Shown here: positions 16,057 through 29,851 of the stretch, one piece after another
How positions within the stretch are numbered: position 1 is the first letter of the stretch
How the letters are laid out: each line of letters opens with the position of its first letter
NCBI GenBank assembly: GCA_964016885.1
Contig: OZ024743.1
Coordinates: 282,038,001-282,102,000 of the forward strand
Direction of reading: 5' to 3'
Source of the DNA: Eledone cirrhosa
Lineage: Eukaryota
DNA length: 64,000 nt
Translations under genes and position numbers: made by a program
The notes under the pieces: model-generated
Seen by the model: the letters and a program-made list of their open reading frames with translations, nothing else
Databases searched by the model: none
What the model was told of the DNA's origin: nothing

Positions 16057-17003
16057 AAACTAAAACATACCAGTATGTTTTTGATATACAAGGAATAACA
16101 GATATCAGTATATTTGGGGCCTGAAAGAGTTAAAAATATAATAAAATCTACCAAGGATAATTATAAATTTCAGGACACAAACTATTAAGATTATACATTT
16201 TCATACTATTTCTAATGCTTCATCCAATCCCTTAGGAAGATGAAACCTTGACAAACCCTCGATTTCATCATAATTTCTTTCTAATTTACTGCAATGAGTC
16301 AACTTCTATGGCAAGCTGGTACTAACTGCAACTCCTGGCAGAAGGTGATGGGATTTAAACTCAGAATGCATCAGATACTACAAAGAATCTTGTCTAACTC
16401 TAATAATTCTGCCAATCCATTGCCTTTAAACTGGTACTTTATCTATGATACCCTTCCTAATTCCAACCATTTTTGTATTGCATCTTACAAGTAGGCATAC
16501 AGTGAACCTATTCTAAAAGATGGAATACAGATGAATATACAGAGAGAGTAATTATTAGTTATTACTCAGTCTATCCCAAGATATTTTTAGTTATTAGTCT
16601 TTTCTTTATCAAGATGTCTAAAAATCATATTCATACAAACACACACACACACTCATTCACACACGCACATGCACACACACACACACACATACACACACAC
16701 ACACACACGCACTCACTCAACTAGGTCCTCCAAGAAAAAAAATTTTGTAAGACATAACAAGATTACTGTTAGGCCCAAGGTGGTTGGGAGAAAGATCCGC
16801 TCAAACTTCAAAAGGGCTGAGAGGTTTAGGGGATCAGCATTATAGGGAACTCCTTCCTTAGCTTTCCAGGTCCTGGAACGATAGATCTGCCGACCCTCCC
16901 CACTTTATACACCCTGCAACAATACATACATACACTCGTGCACATACATGCACACATGTTAAAATACACCTTGAGATAAGAAAAAGAAAATTTATACACA
17001 AAC

Positions 17004-17168
17004 CGTGACACGTATATTCTCAGTTGTGGAAGGCTGAGCAGGTATTAAAGCACTTATCATGCCATTTTCATCAGTTATATACTTCTTTAAAGTTCCATTT
17101 TGATTTAATATCTCAACCGTCATGTCAAGCTCAGGTACAGGCTTTTCATCAGAGGTGGTTACTATAAC
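17004..17168 (-). CDS. A2M/TEP-like exon (MG4)
   Basis: ttcag|...|gtttgt; VIVTTSDEKPVPELDMTVEILNQNGTLKKYITDENGMISALIPAQPSTTENIRVT (TDENG motif); 165 nt, phase 0-0; donor position less certain. Confidence 0.85.
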
Positions 17169-17182
17169 CTGAAGAAAATTAA

Positions 17183-17215
<33 letters not shown>

Positions 17216-18147
17216 GGCGACCTACGTAGTAAATCGTATCATCGTGAGCTCCGCAAAGGTTTGTTATTTTCAGTTGTTTAAAATGGCCATTTATGGAAAA
17301 TTTTATTGTTAACTATATATAAGTGCACATACATTGATTTCTGAAAAGGACACTCAAAAATATTGAGGCCTTGAGCCCAAAATTTAAACTGTTTATAATT
17401 ATCAAACAAAAATTTTTCTTTGAAAAATCATGGATGACTCAGAGTCACTTCTTCCTCACAAACTAACACCTCACACTGACACCACCATTGTAAATATTAC
17501 TACGTTTGCCAACACTAAAAATATAAGCAGTAACAATATTTTAAATTTGTCTCAGGCAGACACTCATTTCCCGCCATTACCAATGACTGCAGGTGTTAAA
17601 GCCGCCACCCCCACCACCACCACAGCGACAGAAGAAAAAAAAGAAAAAAAGAAATTAACTCGTGATATCGAAATGAATTCAACCAAAATGAACTCTTCCA
17701 CACCGAACACCACTGACGCCACCACCACCAGAACTGAAACTAAAATTAACAATAACAAAAATAACGATAACAACAACAGCAACAATGAAATTAAGAAAAC
17801 TACCCTGAGTTTTGCCAGAGTAGCAAAAACGTGCGAAGCGATCCAGGTAACTCAGGAGGAATTAGAAGAAGCCAAAGGAATGGTAAAGAAAGATGGATAC
17901 AGGGTCAGCACCCCCCACCTAATAAAATGGAGCATCGTCGCCTATGCACTGTGTCTTATCGGACAATTAATATAAAATCGCGCCGAGTGGAACGGGCATC
18001 CGAGTCCCAAATCCAAAAAGCTTTGGGACATGTGTGAGCAAAAAAAAACACACATCAGACGTGGGCAGAAATATGGAACCGTGGAGGTGTTCTTTGAAAC
18101 ACCTCAGGAGGCCAGAGAACACTCCATGGCCCCATTAAGAAGTGACG
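17216..18147 (+). mobile_element. Tx1/L1-clade LINE 5' UTR + ORF1 start (family A), cut by the gap
   Basis: Begins after (ATT)n with ggcgacctacgtag, homologous to 48040-48745; Thr/Asn-rich ORF1 with LSFARVAK. Confidence 0.8.
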
Positions 18148-18347
18148 NNNNNNNNNNNNNNNNNNNNNNNNNNNNNNNNNNNNNNNNNNNNNNNNNNNNN
18201 NNNNNNNNNNNNNNNNNNNNNNNNNNNNNNNNNNNNNNNNNNNNNNNNNNNNNNNNNNNNNNNNNNNNNNNNNNNNNNNNNNNNNNNNNNNNNNNNNNNN
18301 NNNNNNNNNNNNNNNNNNNNNNNNNNNNNNNNNNNNNNNNNNNNNNN
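18148..18347. other. Assembly gap (200 N)
   Basis: Run of N. Confidence 1.
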
Positions 18348-19050
18348 AACAACAAGACCAGTAGCAGCAGCAGCGATTGGCAACAATGATGCCACTGAAG
18401 AAGGGACCATCTCTTTTGCTAGGGTGGCTCGTAATATAGAAACAGTCCTAGTCACAGAGGAGGAGATGGCAGTCGCAAAACACATGGTAACCAGAACTGA
18501 ATTTTCAGTGTCCTTGAAACCATCAACCGACTTCCTGGAGGAACAAGAGAGACGCACAGTGTCATACCGCCAAAATTTCCACGAAATCGGGTCGTGTGGA
18601 GAGAGCCACAGAGGCCCAAATCCAGACGGCTTGGGAACTGTGTGGGCACGGAAAACCCACATCACCCGAAGCAAGAAGTATCCTACTGTGGACATCCTTT
18701 TTGCTACCACACAGGAAGCAAGATTGCACTCGCTGAGGACCCTACAGAATGATGACATAATATTAGTCCCGTTTTACTGCGGGAAAAAATTGCAAAAGTC
18801 TGAGTAACTCAGGTCCCGCCCTACATACCCATGCGTTGGCTGGTCGTGTCTGTTCTTGCGGGCATTGAGGATAGAACAACCATTCTGCAGGTACAGAAGT
18901 TGGGGTTAGAGGACTGGTCTGGTATTGGAATGGAGATGCTCATCCAAACCGACCAGGACTGCATCAGCGCTATTCCCGACGTAATAGACCTCGTGAATGG
19001 CCTCCCAACTTCCCGTATCTGTGAAAGGAAGGGGCGCCCAAAGTGCGTAT
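18348..19050 (+). mobile_element. Tx1/L1 ORF1 fragment (family B)
   Basis: ISFARVARNIETVLVTEEEMAVA... homologous to 57920-58580. Confidence 0.8.
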
Positions 19051-19054
19051 CGGT

Positions 19055-20650
19055 TAATTTTCTCCTTTTCTTGCACTCTCGTGTCAAATGGGCAAGCTAC
19101 ATCTACAATCAGGCATAATCTTTTTTCCTTGTCCAAAACTGTAGTGAACAGAATTATTATGTATTTTCCTTTGGCGGAAGAATGGTGTCACAGAGGTGAA
19201 TTGGCTGAAGTAGCCAATCAGCGGATCGAGACAAGTTGCTGGACTACTTGGAGCAGAGACACAGTTGGCTGACAGGCAGAGAGACAAAGAGTTCACTGAA
19301 CGACCAGCATCAAGACGTCCGACATTTGATATGCCACATTCTTTCAGATCTCCACTGGAATATGCAGCCAACACGATGTGAAGACTTGCTCAACCTTCTC
19401 TTGTTATTTTCGATTCCATATTTGTACAACAAATAAAAGGGAATTTTTGTTATAACGAATTATGTCGTTTTTTGTCATTGCCTTCTGAATCGATAAATAT
19501 AATAATATCTCCAGCGACACTTAATCAACGTTATAAAACCACCAGGTCAGGCCTATTGTGTTCTAATTTCTGTATCCTAAAATCCCATAGCACCTTCACC
19601 TGATCGTTTTCTATCACCGACTCTGGCTTATGCTCATACTACTTCTCAGAATGTGGTAAATTGTTTAGTTTGCAAAAATGCCAGTGAATCATCTTTCCTA
19701 TCATATCATGTCTTCAGCCTTTACAGTGAGTCTAGGATAGGTGTTTACACTTGGATACAATGTGAGCCAGTCTCCTCTCTCGGATCCTACACAGGTGAGC
19801 TAGCCTCCACTTCGTCTGGGGGCTTGCTCTTGTGAAGCATTAGCATTCCTTCTGTAGCTTTTTTAAGGTCTCTTCTTTTTAACCAATTCCATGTCTGTGG
19901 ATCTCTGAATTCCGTTTTCTTAAAGAAGGTGCTATGATGGGATTTTTCATGAAGGTTGCTCTTCCTCCTTGGACATCCCCCTGGTCTGTTGTCTTCTCTT
20001 TCCACACAACTTTGAGCATTGGCTCCCTACTGTCAGACACATATTTGTGCAGACTTTTTTCTCCATCTGAACACAGTCCTCTATGCTGATAAGTCCTCTT
20101 CCACCTTCAGATCTCTTTTGGAACATGTTGTAGATAGTCATTAGCTTCCTAGTCTTCCTATCTATTTCTTTTTGTTCAGCAACATTCCATTTCAGAATTT
20201 CCACACTGTACCTAATAATAGATACAGCCCGGGAATTTACTGCACTTATGACATTCCTGCTATTTAGATGTGATTTTAGTATGTTCCTTACTCTCCTTAT
20301 GTATACAGATCTTATCAATTCCTCCATTTTTTTGTTCTTGATGTCATCTGCATCCAGAACACCCAAATATTTGTATCCCTCTTTAGTGTCAATTTCCTTT
20401 ATCATCTCACCTGTTGGTACCTGGATTCCATTGCTTCTGGTCAATTTACCCCTTTCAACACTAGGACTCCGCACTTATTAACACCAAATTCCATACATAT
20501 ATCATTGCTGAAAATATGGACAGTGTTAACAAGTACATCCAACTCCTTCTCACTTTTCCCCAAAGAGTTTTAGATCGTCCATGAAGAGGAAGTGGTTGAT
20601 GGTCCTCTTCCCAGCTTGTATCCTGCTCTCACCTTTCGCAATATGAGAGA
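19055..20650 (-). mobile_element. Dong/R4-clade (restriction-like endonuclease) LINE fragments
   Basis: Minus strand: INHFLFMDDLKL, YKYLGVLDAD, RSEGGRGLISIED, WLKRRDLKKATEG, IVDVACPFD; degenerate. Confidence 0.8.
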
Positions 20651-21460
20651 TAATGATACGAGTTGTTAAAATTAATGTTTTGTCCCTCGTCTCTTACTCC
20701 ACTGGACAGCGTTTGGCTTGTGTCAGATGCTGTAACCCCAGGTGGACTAGCAGTACCATTAGTAGGGGTCGAAACTGTCAAAGTCCACCTCAACGGCCGA
20801 TGACCCTGGAGTTTGTATTTTTATTATTAAAAATAGATTTTTAAGGTTTTCCCTTAAAAAATTGTTTTTTGTTTGTTGTATAAACGCTACTTAAACATCG
20901 TAAGTAGCATATAATATTTCGTTAAAAATTTGGTTTATTTAACAGAGCGCACAACAGTTACTTACTGTTAAGCAGTGGGATTGAGGAAATGTGGAGGACC
21001 TTAAAATTTTTGTCAGCGCCCTGTTGACGCTTCGTGCTTTCATCATACGCAAATCTGGGCCCTGTGTACGTTGCTGTGTTATTGACACCATAAAACTCAC
21101 GTCTGTGCTACTTCTACTAAGACCCCTTTTGTTGTACCTACACCAGTTGTGCTAATTCCACGGTGACCCCATTTTGTTGCACCTTTGTTGCTGTGTAAAC
21201 GCAGTGCAACCAGTGCCGCCCAGCATTTGTGCTAATTGCACTATGACCTCCTTCTGCTACAGCTGCGTTGCCATGCTGATTTCGTCATCTCAATACCCCT
21301 ACATCCCTATTTGGTTTTCACACAATTGACTACGTTGCTCCTCAATCATTCCCTGAGAATAAGGGAATTCAAAAAGTACACAGCTACATTCTTCATCTTT
21401 GCATATGCGTGTTGCTATTTCACGTTTCCTACCCCATGCAACACCAGGTCTTCTTGCTAG
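20650..21460 (+). mobile_element. Possible non-autonomous Helitron (3' end)
   Basis: Ends accccatgcaacaccaggt-cttcttg-CTAG|t, a decayed subterminal hairpin followed by CTAG; 5' boundary uncertain. Confidence 0.45.
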
Positions 21461-21546
21461 TATATATATATAATTAGAATTTAGCTATGGCTATCTAAAT
21501 GTTTATTTATAAACATACCATATTTCTTTAGAAATACGAAATTCAA

Positions 21547-21577
<31 letters not shown>

Positions 21578-21634
21578 AACACATCTTTACAATTCACTTG
21601 ACAACAAAATGTAAAACTCAGAAACTTTACTTAC

Positions 21635-21747
21635 ATTCAAATACTGTGCAAAGCCAGGTTTGAAAAATTTCTTTGTGTAAGGATGTAGTTCTAATTTATA
21701 ATTGTGAATTTTGACAGGAAGTTCACTGGATTCAGTCTCGGTGATAC
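21635..21747 (-). CDS. A2M/TEP-like exon (MG4)
   Basis: tcaag|...|gtaagt; GITETESSELPVKIHNYKLELHPYTKKFFKPGFAQYLN (FKPG motif); 113 nt, phase 1-0. Confidence 0.9.
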
Positions 21748-22759
21748 CTTGAAACAAAACATGAATAATGATAAATGGAATTGAATACAATTTTATGTCA
21801 CAACCTCATCCAAGACAAAAATCTAATTAGCAAGAGGCAGGGAATTGTTAGACTTATTAGTCTAAAAGTCTATCTCGAGCCTGGAGGCTCATCAGGATGG
21901 TGCTTATCCTGGTTTCCGTGGCATGAAGCAAAACTTCCCACTGGACAGAAAACCAGACCTTTGCAGGGTTAAACCCCCAACTATTGCTGCAACTCATTTT
22001 CAGCTGAATATACTGGAGCAATGTGAAATGAAGTGTTTTGCTCAAGAACACAACACACAACCTAGTCAAGGAATCAAACCCAGGACATTTTCATTGTAAG
22101 TCCAACACACTTACCACTAGACCACATAACCCCATGCAAAATACCTTATGGTAATTGTTTTGGTTTCTTGTGCTCTGAGTTCAAATCTTGCCAAGCACCT
22201 GGGGATTAACCCCTTACGATGGACTAGTGTCCTGACCAGAGGAAGTCTTGTACTCTCAGTTGCTTAACATCTCATGAAACTGGGGTAAACTCTGGCATGA
22301 TGAGCTACAGGGCTTGAAACAAACTGGGTTTAACAACCTCCCTAGAGCTGGTGCTATGATAAAATGCACTACTACTAAAGTGGTTGGTATTAGAAAGAGT
22401 ACCCAGCTATAGAAAACTTGCCAAATATATGGTTGAGAAGACTCTTCCATTGTATCAAAGGCATGAGAACCTCCTTAGTATTGATGCCACAATAAAATGC
22501 ACCCTGTACATTCTGTAACGTGTATAAATATATGCAAGTAAAGTGCAACCTCCAGCTCATCTGACTAAGTGCTGACTTGGACTGTGACAACCTGTCCAAT
22601 CTATGCTAGCATGGAAAATGGACGTTATATGTTGATGATGATGGTGATAGAAATTATATGTGTGTGAGTGTGTGCGCCTGTGCGTATACACACATACAGT
22701 CATTATCATTTAACATCAGGGAGAACAAATGTTAAATGATGATGATGATGATGTGTGTC

Positions 22760-22838
<79 letters not shown>

Positions 22839-22972
22839 ATAAACATATACATGCATGTATTTACTTGGACATTCACTAGGTTAAGTATAGATTGCTTTTT
22901 TGTTTAAACCAAAAATAGACAACATGCAAATTATAAAATGGATAAAGAATATAACAGAATATAAAAACTTAC

Positions 22973-23090
22973 CAGTTCCTTCTTCTACAACAGTAGCATT
23001 GACATTTAAGTAAACATTCCATAAAGAATAGGTATTATTTTTCAATTGAAGTGTTTTGCTGTCAACAATGTACTTTTTACATCCAGTGAG
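22973..23090 (-). CDS. A2M/TEP-like exon (MG3 end)
   Basis: tctag|...|gtaagt; LTGCKKYIVDSKTLQLKNNTYSLWNVYLNVNATVVEEGT(G); 118 nt, phase 0-1. Confidence 0.9.
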
Positions 23091-24937
23091 CTAGAAATTG
23101 TAAATGGAAAATTTAATCAAAAATACAATTGTAATCATCATCACCATCATCATCATCATTTTATGTTCACATTCCATGTTGGCATGGATTAGATGGGTCA
23201 GAGCCTAGATATATTTGAGAGACCTTATCTTGCTGATATGTTCTATATTTGACATGGTTTCTACAGCTGGATGCCCTTGCTAACACCAATCACCTTACTG
23301 GATGTATTGTGGCACCAGCACTGGAAATCCATTATCTAAATACAGAAATATCATCAACTCTGTATATTGATGTACTTTTCTGACTTGGTAGTAAGGTCCT
23401 ATATTTTAGGAAGAACAAAGATTGGAGGCTGTTTCATTAATGCCTGTCCAAAGACTATTAATCATTTTACAACCATATTTATAATAAAATAAACTCTATT
23501 TCATCAATTAATGAAGAATTTTGATTCACTAAAATTATTAATTATTTCATTATTTCATTACTAAGATAGTAACTTAATATATGGTTCTTACATAAAATTA
23601 TGTTGGAAGGTTTTAATTTAAATAGGGGCCCTTTCTAATGGTGGATTTGTTTCATTTAACCAGAACCAGTTTTGGCCATGTTGGTATTAAAACAGTTAAT
23701 GATATAGAAAAGAAAACACTGTGTCTTTTGCACCTGGAAAGTTCCTCTCCAAGGTGCAAGTCTGAGCAAGATGCTTTGTGAAAGACCAGCAGTCATCCAT
23801 ACATGCAAGTCTCCCCTCTCCATGCCACTTATATTATTTAAAGGAAAGGCAAAGGCTCATATTGCTTGGCATCAGGGTCGTCACAACACATATTTTTCAA
23901 TTGAGTGGACTGGAACAATGTGAAATAAAGTGTCTTTTTCAAGGGCGTGATGCACTGCCCAATCAGGGAACTGAACTCATGACTTTACAATTGTGATCCA
24001 AGGACCCTAACCACTAAGGCATACACCTTTACATTAATGGTATAAATGAAGTGAATTTGCCTCAAATGAGAATCAAAATTGTGTTGTGATCTTGAATTTT
24101 GGTGCCTTACTGTGTACAATATAATCCATAAAATCCTTCTGTTTTGAGCTTTCTTTGTAGTTTTACAACAGATTCTAGAATTATCACCAGAACATCAATA
24201 TCCAAAAGTTCTGAACTTTGGGATAATGATTTCTATCTTGAAATTCTGTGTAAGCTTTCACAAGAATTAGGATGAAGAAAGGAGGGCTCAGAATAGAACC
24301 TTGGATCACACACTCATATACTATACTAAATTATTTACTAAAATTACTGAAAAGGTAAACAAAATAGTTTTAAACATTATGTAGCATGTGTTAGGTTTGA
24401 TTCAATTAAATATATCTGTAGAAATGTATGGTTTGTGCTAAAGATTAACATCATATTAATCTAAGAATAGCAAACATAATGGAGCAAGAGAAAACCAGTT
24501 TTAACAGCGGGTCAAGGAGAAATAATGCCTTCCTCAATAAATTTATTACCTCATGTCTATAACTCAATAATTCCTGATTCACATATTTTAAGTCATCAAC
24601 ATTATAGACAAATTCTATTGACCAAACAATGAAAATTAACCCAAAGAAATTTGTTGAATCTCTTATTTGTCCATATCCATGAGCCAAATTGTAGAAATAT
24701 GAACTAATAGAATAAGAAATGTAAATAAAATTTGAACAAACACAAGGTCAAAGAGGCAAATAATGATATAGAGCTGCAGGCTACAAACAATGCAATGAAA
24801 ATTTTGACATCAAGGAATATATGATAAATGTAAAGTGAAGTTAACAATTTTTATGTGTTTTTGAATGGTTAAAATGTGACAGTTACACTGTAATCACTAA
24901 TAATATTGAGAAATAGAGAAAAGGAAAAAATGTTTAC

Positions 24938-25043
24938 ATATTCATTAAATATAAAGCATGGCCGTTTCAAGTTATTTTCATATCTACCCGAGATACAGAT
25001 TGTGCCATTAAGTTTTCCATAAACAGGTTTCCCATATGTATAG
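24938..25043 (-). CDS. A2M/TEP-like exon (MG3)
   Basis: tttag|...|gtaaac; YTYGKPVYGKLNGTICISGRYENNLKRPCFIFNEY (YTYGKPV motif); 106 nt, phase 2-0. Confidence 0.93.
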
Positions 25044-25429
25044 CTAAAAGAACAAAACAAAAACTAATTATTTAATCACATAATCTACTTTTAGAAATGT
25101 TGAGTAGATATGAATTTTAAAAAAATATGTTAGCTTCAAGTTATCAGCTTCAATGCAGGTTTTTAACTGCAAAAAATAGTTAAACAAAATGAAGCTGTTA
25201 GCTTTAATATATTTGCAAGTAAGTCAGATATTTTTTCAAAGAATTATCAGTTTTTCTATGTTTATTATTCCAAGCTGGCAATGGGTCGATGAAATATTTC
25301 TGACGTAGAAATCTATGACTAGATGTTCTTCCCGATGCCAACACTAACTTGTTTTTTCATGTAAGATATAGATCTTCATACATCTAACCACAGAGCTACT
25401 TTTGTTTTATGTGGAACATTAACAAACAT

Positions 25430-25618
25430 TATTACTGTCAGTATCGGTAGAGGGTTGGACTCCATGCTTTCTAGCATAGTTACGTCCCTTTTACGGTATG
25501 AGTTTAAATCCCGTCGAGGTTAACTTCGCCTTTCATCCTTACGGGGTTGATAAAATTAAGTACCAGTAATGTACTGGGTAATTGCTGGCCTTGTGCCAAG
25601 AGTAGAAACAATTATTAC
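25430..25618 (+). mobile_element. tRNA-derived SINE (same family as 1-280)
   Basis: gagtttaaatcccgtcgaggttaacttcgcctttcatccttacggggttgataaa...gaaacaattatt. Confidence 0.8.
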
Positions 25619-26849
25619 TTGTGCTAACAATGTTAAATGTGAAATCAAGATACACAGAGATGAACACAAACAAAAAAACAGGCATATATATGACAACTTA
25701 CATACAGCTTCCTTCAACTGATTTCACTCACAAGGTAATGATGAGCCTGAGGTAGTAGTAAAATACACATACAGAGAAATAGACCCCAAAACCATGTGAT
25801 TGCAAAGTAGACTTCTTAACCATACAACCACATGTGCACATATATTAACCCTTTAGCAGAACTCTCACACCTCTTTCTGTTCAAACCGGCTGTAACTGGT
25901 TGCTCATACCTACATTAAGGTATTATTCTCAAAATAAATAACATCAAAATCTTGTAGATTCGATATTATGTGAAGTAAAGCCTTTACTGTGAACATACAA
26001 TAGTAAATATAGAGTAATGTTAAAGAATATTGAATGTTATTAAAATAGGTATATTATTTCATTGAATTTAAATTTAAGATAAAAGTATACTTTAAACTAA
26101 AATTGTAGATGGTTTGCAATACAAAAAGAATTTTAAATTTGGATGATTTTTTTTGTGGTGTATAAAAAATAATCATACAAGGTGTATTAAAAAGAATTTT
26201 GAAATCAGACTATTCTTTTTTTTACATCCTGTATTTAAGATTTCAAAAAAGAGAATCTTAGTTCAATGAAAAAGTCGACCATTTCAACTCATACCTGGAA
26301 TGGAACAAAATAGAGGGGACCTCTCTCACATTTGACAACGAATTTACCAATTGCTAGATCATGAAATTAATATGTAAGTCACTGAACAATCCTCAGACAT
26401 GTGTACCCTTAACATAATTCACAAAAGATTCAACAAAACACAGTGAGTGATAAGGCTGACCCTTTGAATTACAAGTAGAGTCTGATGGGCTTCCAACCAG
26501 TTTCCATCTAGCTGATTTCGCTCACATGGACCTATAGCTATGGTAAAAGACACTTGCCCAAAATGCTACGAGTTGGAATTGAACCCAGGACCTAATGATT
26601 GCAAAGTGAACTTCTTAACTATCCATCCATGTATGTCCACATCTCATAACTAATGCTCACAACTGCTGGTAGTTTTATAGTAATTATTCGCTCCAAGCTA
26701 ATCTATTAGCAGTTTCTAACCTATCACCAGCACAGAAATTCTTGTTTTTTTTTTCTTTCTGGCAACCATACTTCAGCCTAAATATATACCATGTGAGGAA
26801 TTGTACCATCAATTCTATCAATAAAAATACATAATAGGGCATGACAACC

Positions 26850-27320
26850 TTCCTACTGCTGGTGTTGTAATAAAATGCGCCTGCTACACTCTGTAAATTG
26901 GTGTTAGGAAAGGTATCCAACCATTGAAACAATGCCAAGCAAGGGGAATCTTCAGTTGTGTCAAGGATATGACAGCCTCCCTAGTGCTGATGCCATAATA
27001 AAATGCATACACTACACTCTGCAAAGTGATTGGTGTTAGGAAGGGCACTCAGCTGTAGAAACCATGCCAAACAAAAGGCTGAGAGGAATCTTCAATTATA
27101 TCAAGGATATGACAACATCCCTATTGTTGGTACCACACTAAAATGCATCCAGCATACTCTGTAAAGAGGTTGTTGCTAGGAAGGGCATCCAGCTGTAGAA
27201 GCCATGTCAGAATCAGGACATATGTAAGCAAAATGTGACCTCTGGACTGTCTGAGAGGGCAATAACCCCAATTAACTACCGACTTGCCAACTCATGCCAG
27301 TATGGAAGAAAGGACATTAA

Positions 27321-27361
<41 letters not shown>
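26850..27361 (+). mobile_element. RTE 3'-UTR-related repeat (three tandem subunits) with (TGA)n tail
   Basis: Repeated tggtgttaggaagggcatccagctgtagaaacc; related copies near 22340-22650, 23140-23330 and 43470-44010. Confidence 0.65.
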
Positions 27362-27481
27362 ATATTGAGCCATCCTCAAATACATTTACTATAACAAAAC
27401 AAAAGTATCTTTTTTCAAACAGAATCTAAAATATTTTCTATAACTAAGCCACCAGAACAGTATTTGTCAAAAGGAATTTAA

Positions 27482-27702
27482 CCCTTTAACATTTACATTA
27501 CTCTATATTTACTATTGTATTTTCATGGTAAACACTTTATTTCACATAATTATCTCACATAATATCGAATCTATGAGAATTTGATATTGTTTATTTTGAG
27601 AACAATACCTTAACGTCAGTATGGGCAGCTGGTTACAGCCGGTTTGAACATATAGGGGTGAGAGAATTCTGGCCAGATATGGCTGGTTTAAATGCTAAAG
27701 GG
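27482..27702. mobile_element. TTAA-flanked MITE (piggyBac-type ends)
   Basis: TTAA|ccctttaacattta ... taaatgctaaaggg|TTAA; related copies at about 25845-26020 and 44472-44559. Confidence 0.75.
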
Positions 27703-27761
27703 TTAAGGTGGTAATACCATGCACATAGCTACATACACCTATCAAATAAAGGTATACTTAC

Positions 27762-27846
27762 ATTGCACAGATCTCCACATCAACTATCTTTGAGAGAAAG
27801 CTTAAGTGTGATGGTAGCTTAAGTGTTAATTCATATTTTGGAAGCA
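27762..27846 (-). CDS. A2M/TEP-like exon (MG3)
   Basis: ttcag|...|gtaagt; VLPKYELTLKLPSHLSFLSKIVDVEICA completes the FEVKEYVLPK(F/Y)E motif; 85 nt, phase 1-2. Confidence 0.93.
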
Positions 27847-29851
27847 CTGAAATTTAAAATAGAATACAATAAAAAGATAAGGTAAAAGAATTTGCAAAGA
27901 TTTAACTTTTAATATACACGCACTCACACACGTGTTACTGTCTACCAATATCACTCAAGGCACTGGTTGCCTTCAGTTTATGGTAGAAAATACTTGCTTA
28001 ATGTGCCAAACAGTGGAAAAAAAATAGCTTAGATTAATTCCACTTAAGAGCTTCTTTAACTATTCCCAACCATTATTGTTTCTTTAATATTTCAAATATT
28101 TCCCATGGTTAAGATATATTATTATAAGCTAGGTAGAGTTTATAATAATATATCTTGTGATAAGGGTGTTGGACTTACGATCATAATGCCGTGGGTTCGA
28201 TTCTTGGGCTGGGTTGTGTGTTATGATCTTGAGAAAATCACCTCATTTCACGTTGCTCCAGTATACTCAGCTGAAAACAAGTGCCAGCAATAGCTGGGAG
28301 TTTAACCCTGCGATGGACTAGCATATTGTCAGGGGGAGGGGGTCTTGTACTCTCAATTGCTTCATGTCATGAAATTGGGATAAGCACCAGCCTAACAAGC
28401 CTTGTGGTTTAAGACAGATTTATACTGAGGTAGAGCTGACTAAAACAGCAGAAGGCCATAATAAGCAAATTATAACATTTAGATGTCCACTTCTCAGTTT
28501 CAAGTTCTTCTATTGACTTGTATTAGGCATGATGACAGTCACATCATATATTCCAATAGATTTATGTAGCATTGTCCCATCATTATGTCTTTCAAAATGA
28601 ATGACAGTGTAGAGCTGGGGGCATTGCTGGAAGCAGAAGGGCAAGTGACATCACATAAGTAGATGTAGCAGGAACGTGATTTTCCTCTTGGTTATAAGTC
28701 AGTTGGAGAGAGAGAGGACATGTTTTTGTCACATGCACTGGAGTTATATGTTCATATGTTCTGGCCATATGTTCATATGTTCTGGTGGATAGGGCACTCA
28801 CGGATATACCACATTCTGGACAAGATCAATCAGGAGGACATCCCGTGAGGTAGATGAGCTGTGCTTTTCTCCCTTTACAACAGATAGTTTCTGATTTAGG
28901 CACAAGACTACTAATTTTTTATAGGGGGTTATTAAATCAGCTCCAGAACTTGACTGGTACTTTATTTATCAACCCCAGAAGGATGAAAGGCAAAGGTGGC
29001 ATCAGCAAGATAATAACTCAGAAGGTAAAGAGCCATAACAAATACCACAAAACATTTTGTTTGATTCTTTCACATTTCTTCCAATCCTCTACCTATTTAC
29101 AAAGTTATTAATACTTGTGGGTGCTACTCCTTACAAGAATACTGAAACTGTTAGAGTTTACATTGTTATCCATGCTTATAGCATAAACAACAGTAAAATG
29201 ATTTATTCAGGATTTTCAGCAATAGTTTCTTATTTGAGGAAGTATAGAAGACACCAGTATCAGTTGATTAAATTTACTGCAAGAATTAACTGGTATTTTA
29301 TGGTAACTCTTAACATCCAGTAATGATTTAGCAGAAAGTATTTAAAAATGAGTTTGTTAATTAAAATGTTTATAGTGTCTTTACTGATGAACAGATTCTT
29401 GTGAGAATATGCTGTAAACTAAAGTAAAGATTTTGAATGTGATGCAGTCATAGTACTGTTTTGTACTTTTCAAGAATGTCTTACTAATATGGTTTCATGT
29501 GGTACAAGACATTAAGAGTTAATGACAAAGTTTACCACCATGTCAAATACAAAACATAACAACAAATAAAAAAATATTTCTTTTTCAGATTTTGTAATTT
29601 AAAGAGCTTTCATCATTTTCCTATATTTATAATTTGTTTAACAATCATAGCTCATTTTTGTCTGGCCCTCTGAAGTCATGGAAGACCATGGGTTGCATCT
29701 TTAGTGAGCTGGTCCCAGGGTTACTTACTCCCGTAAGCACCACCGGATCCCAGTTACTAAATTTAATCGAAATATGAGATAGGAGAATTTTCATACAATA
29801 TCAGGCCGTGTGAGAATTATCTCTCACTACTAGAAGTAATGACTGAAAACG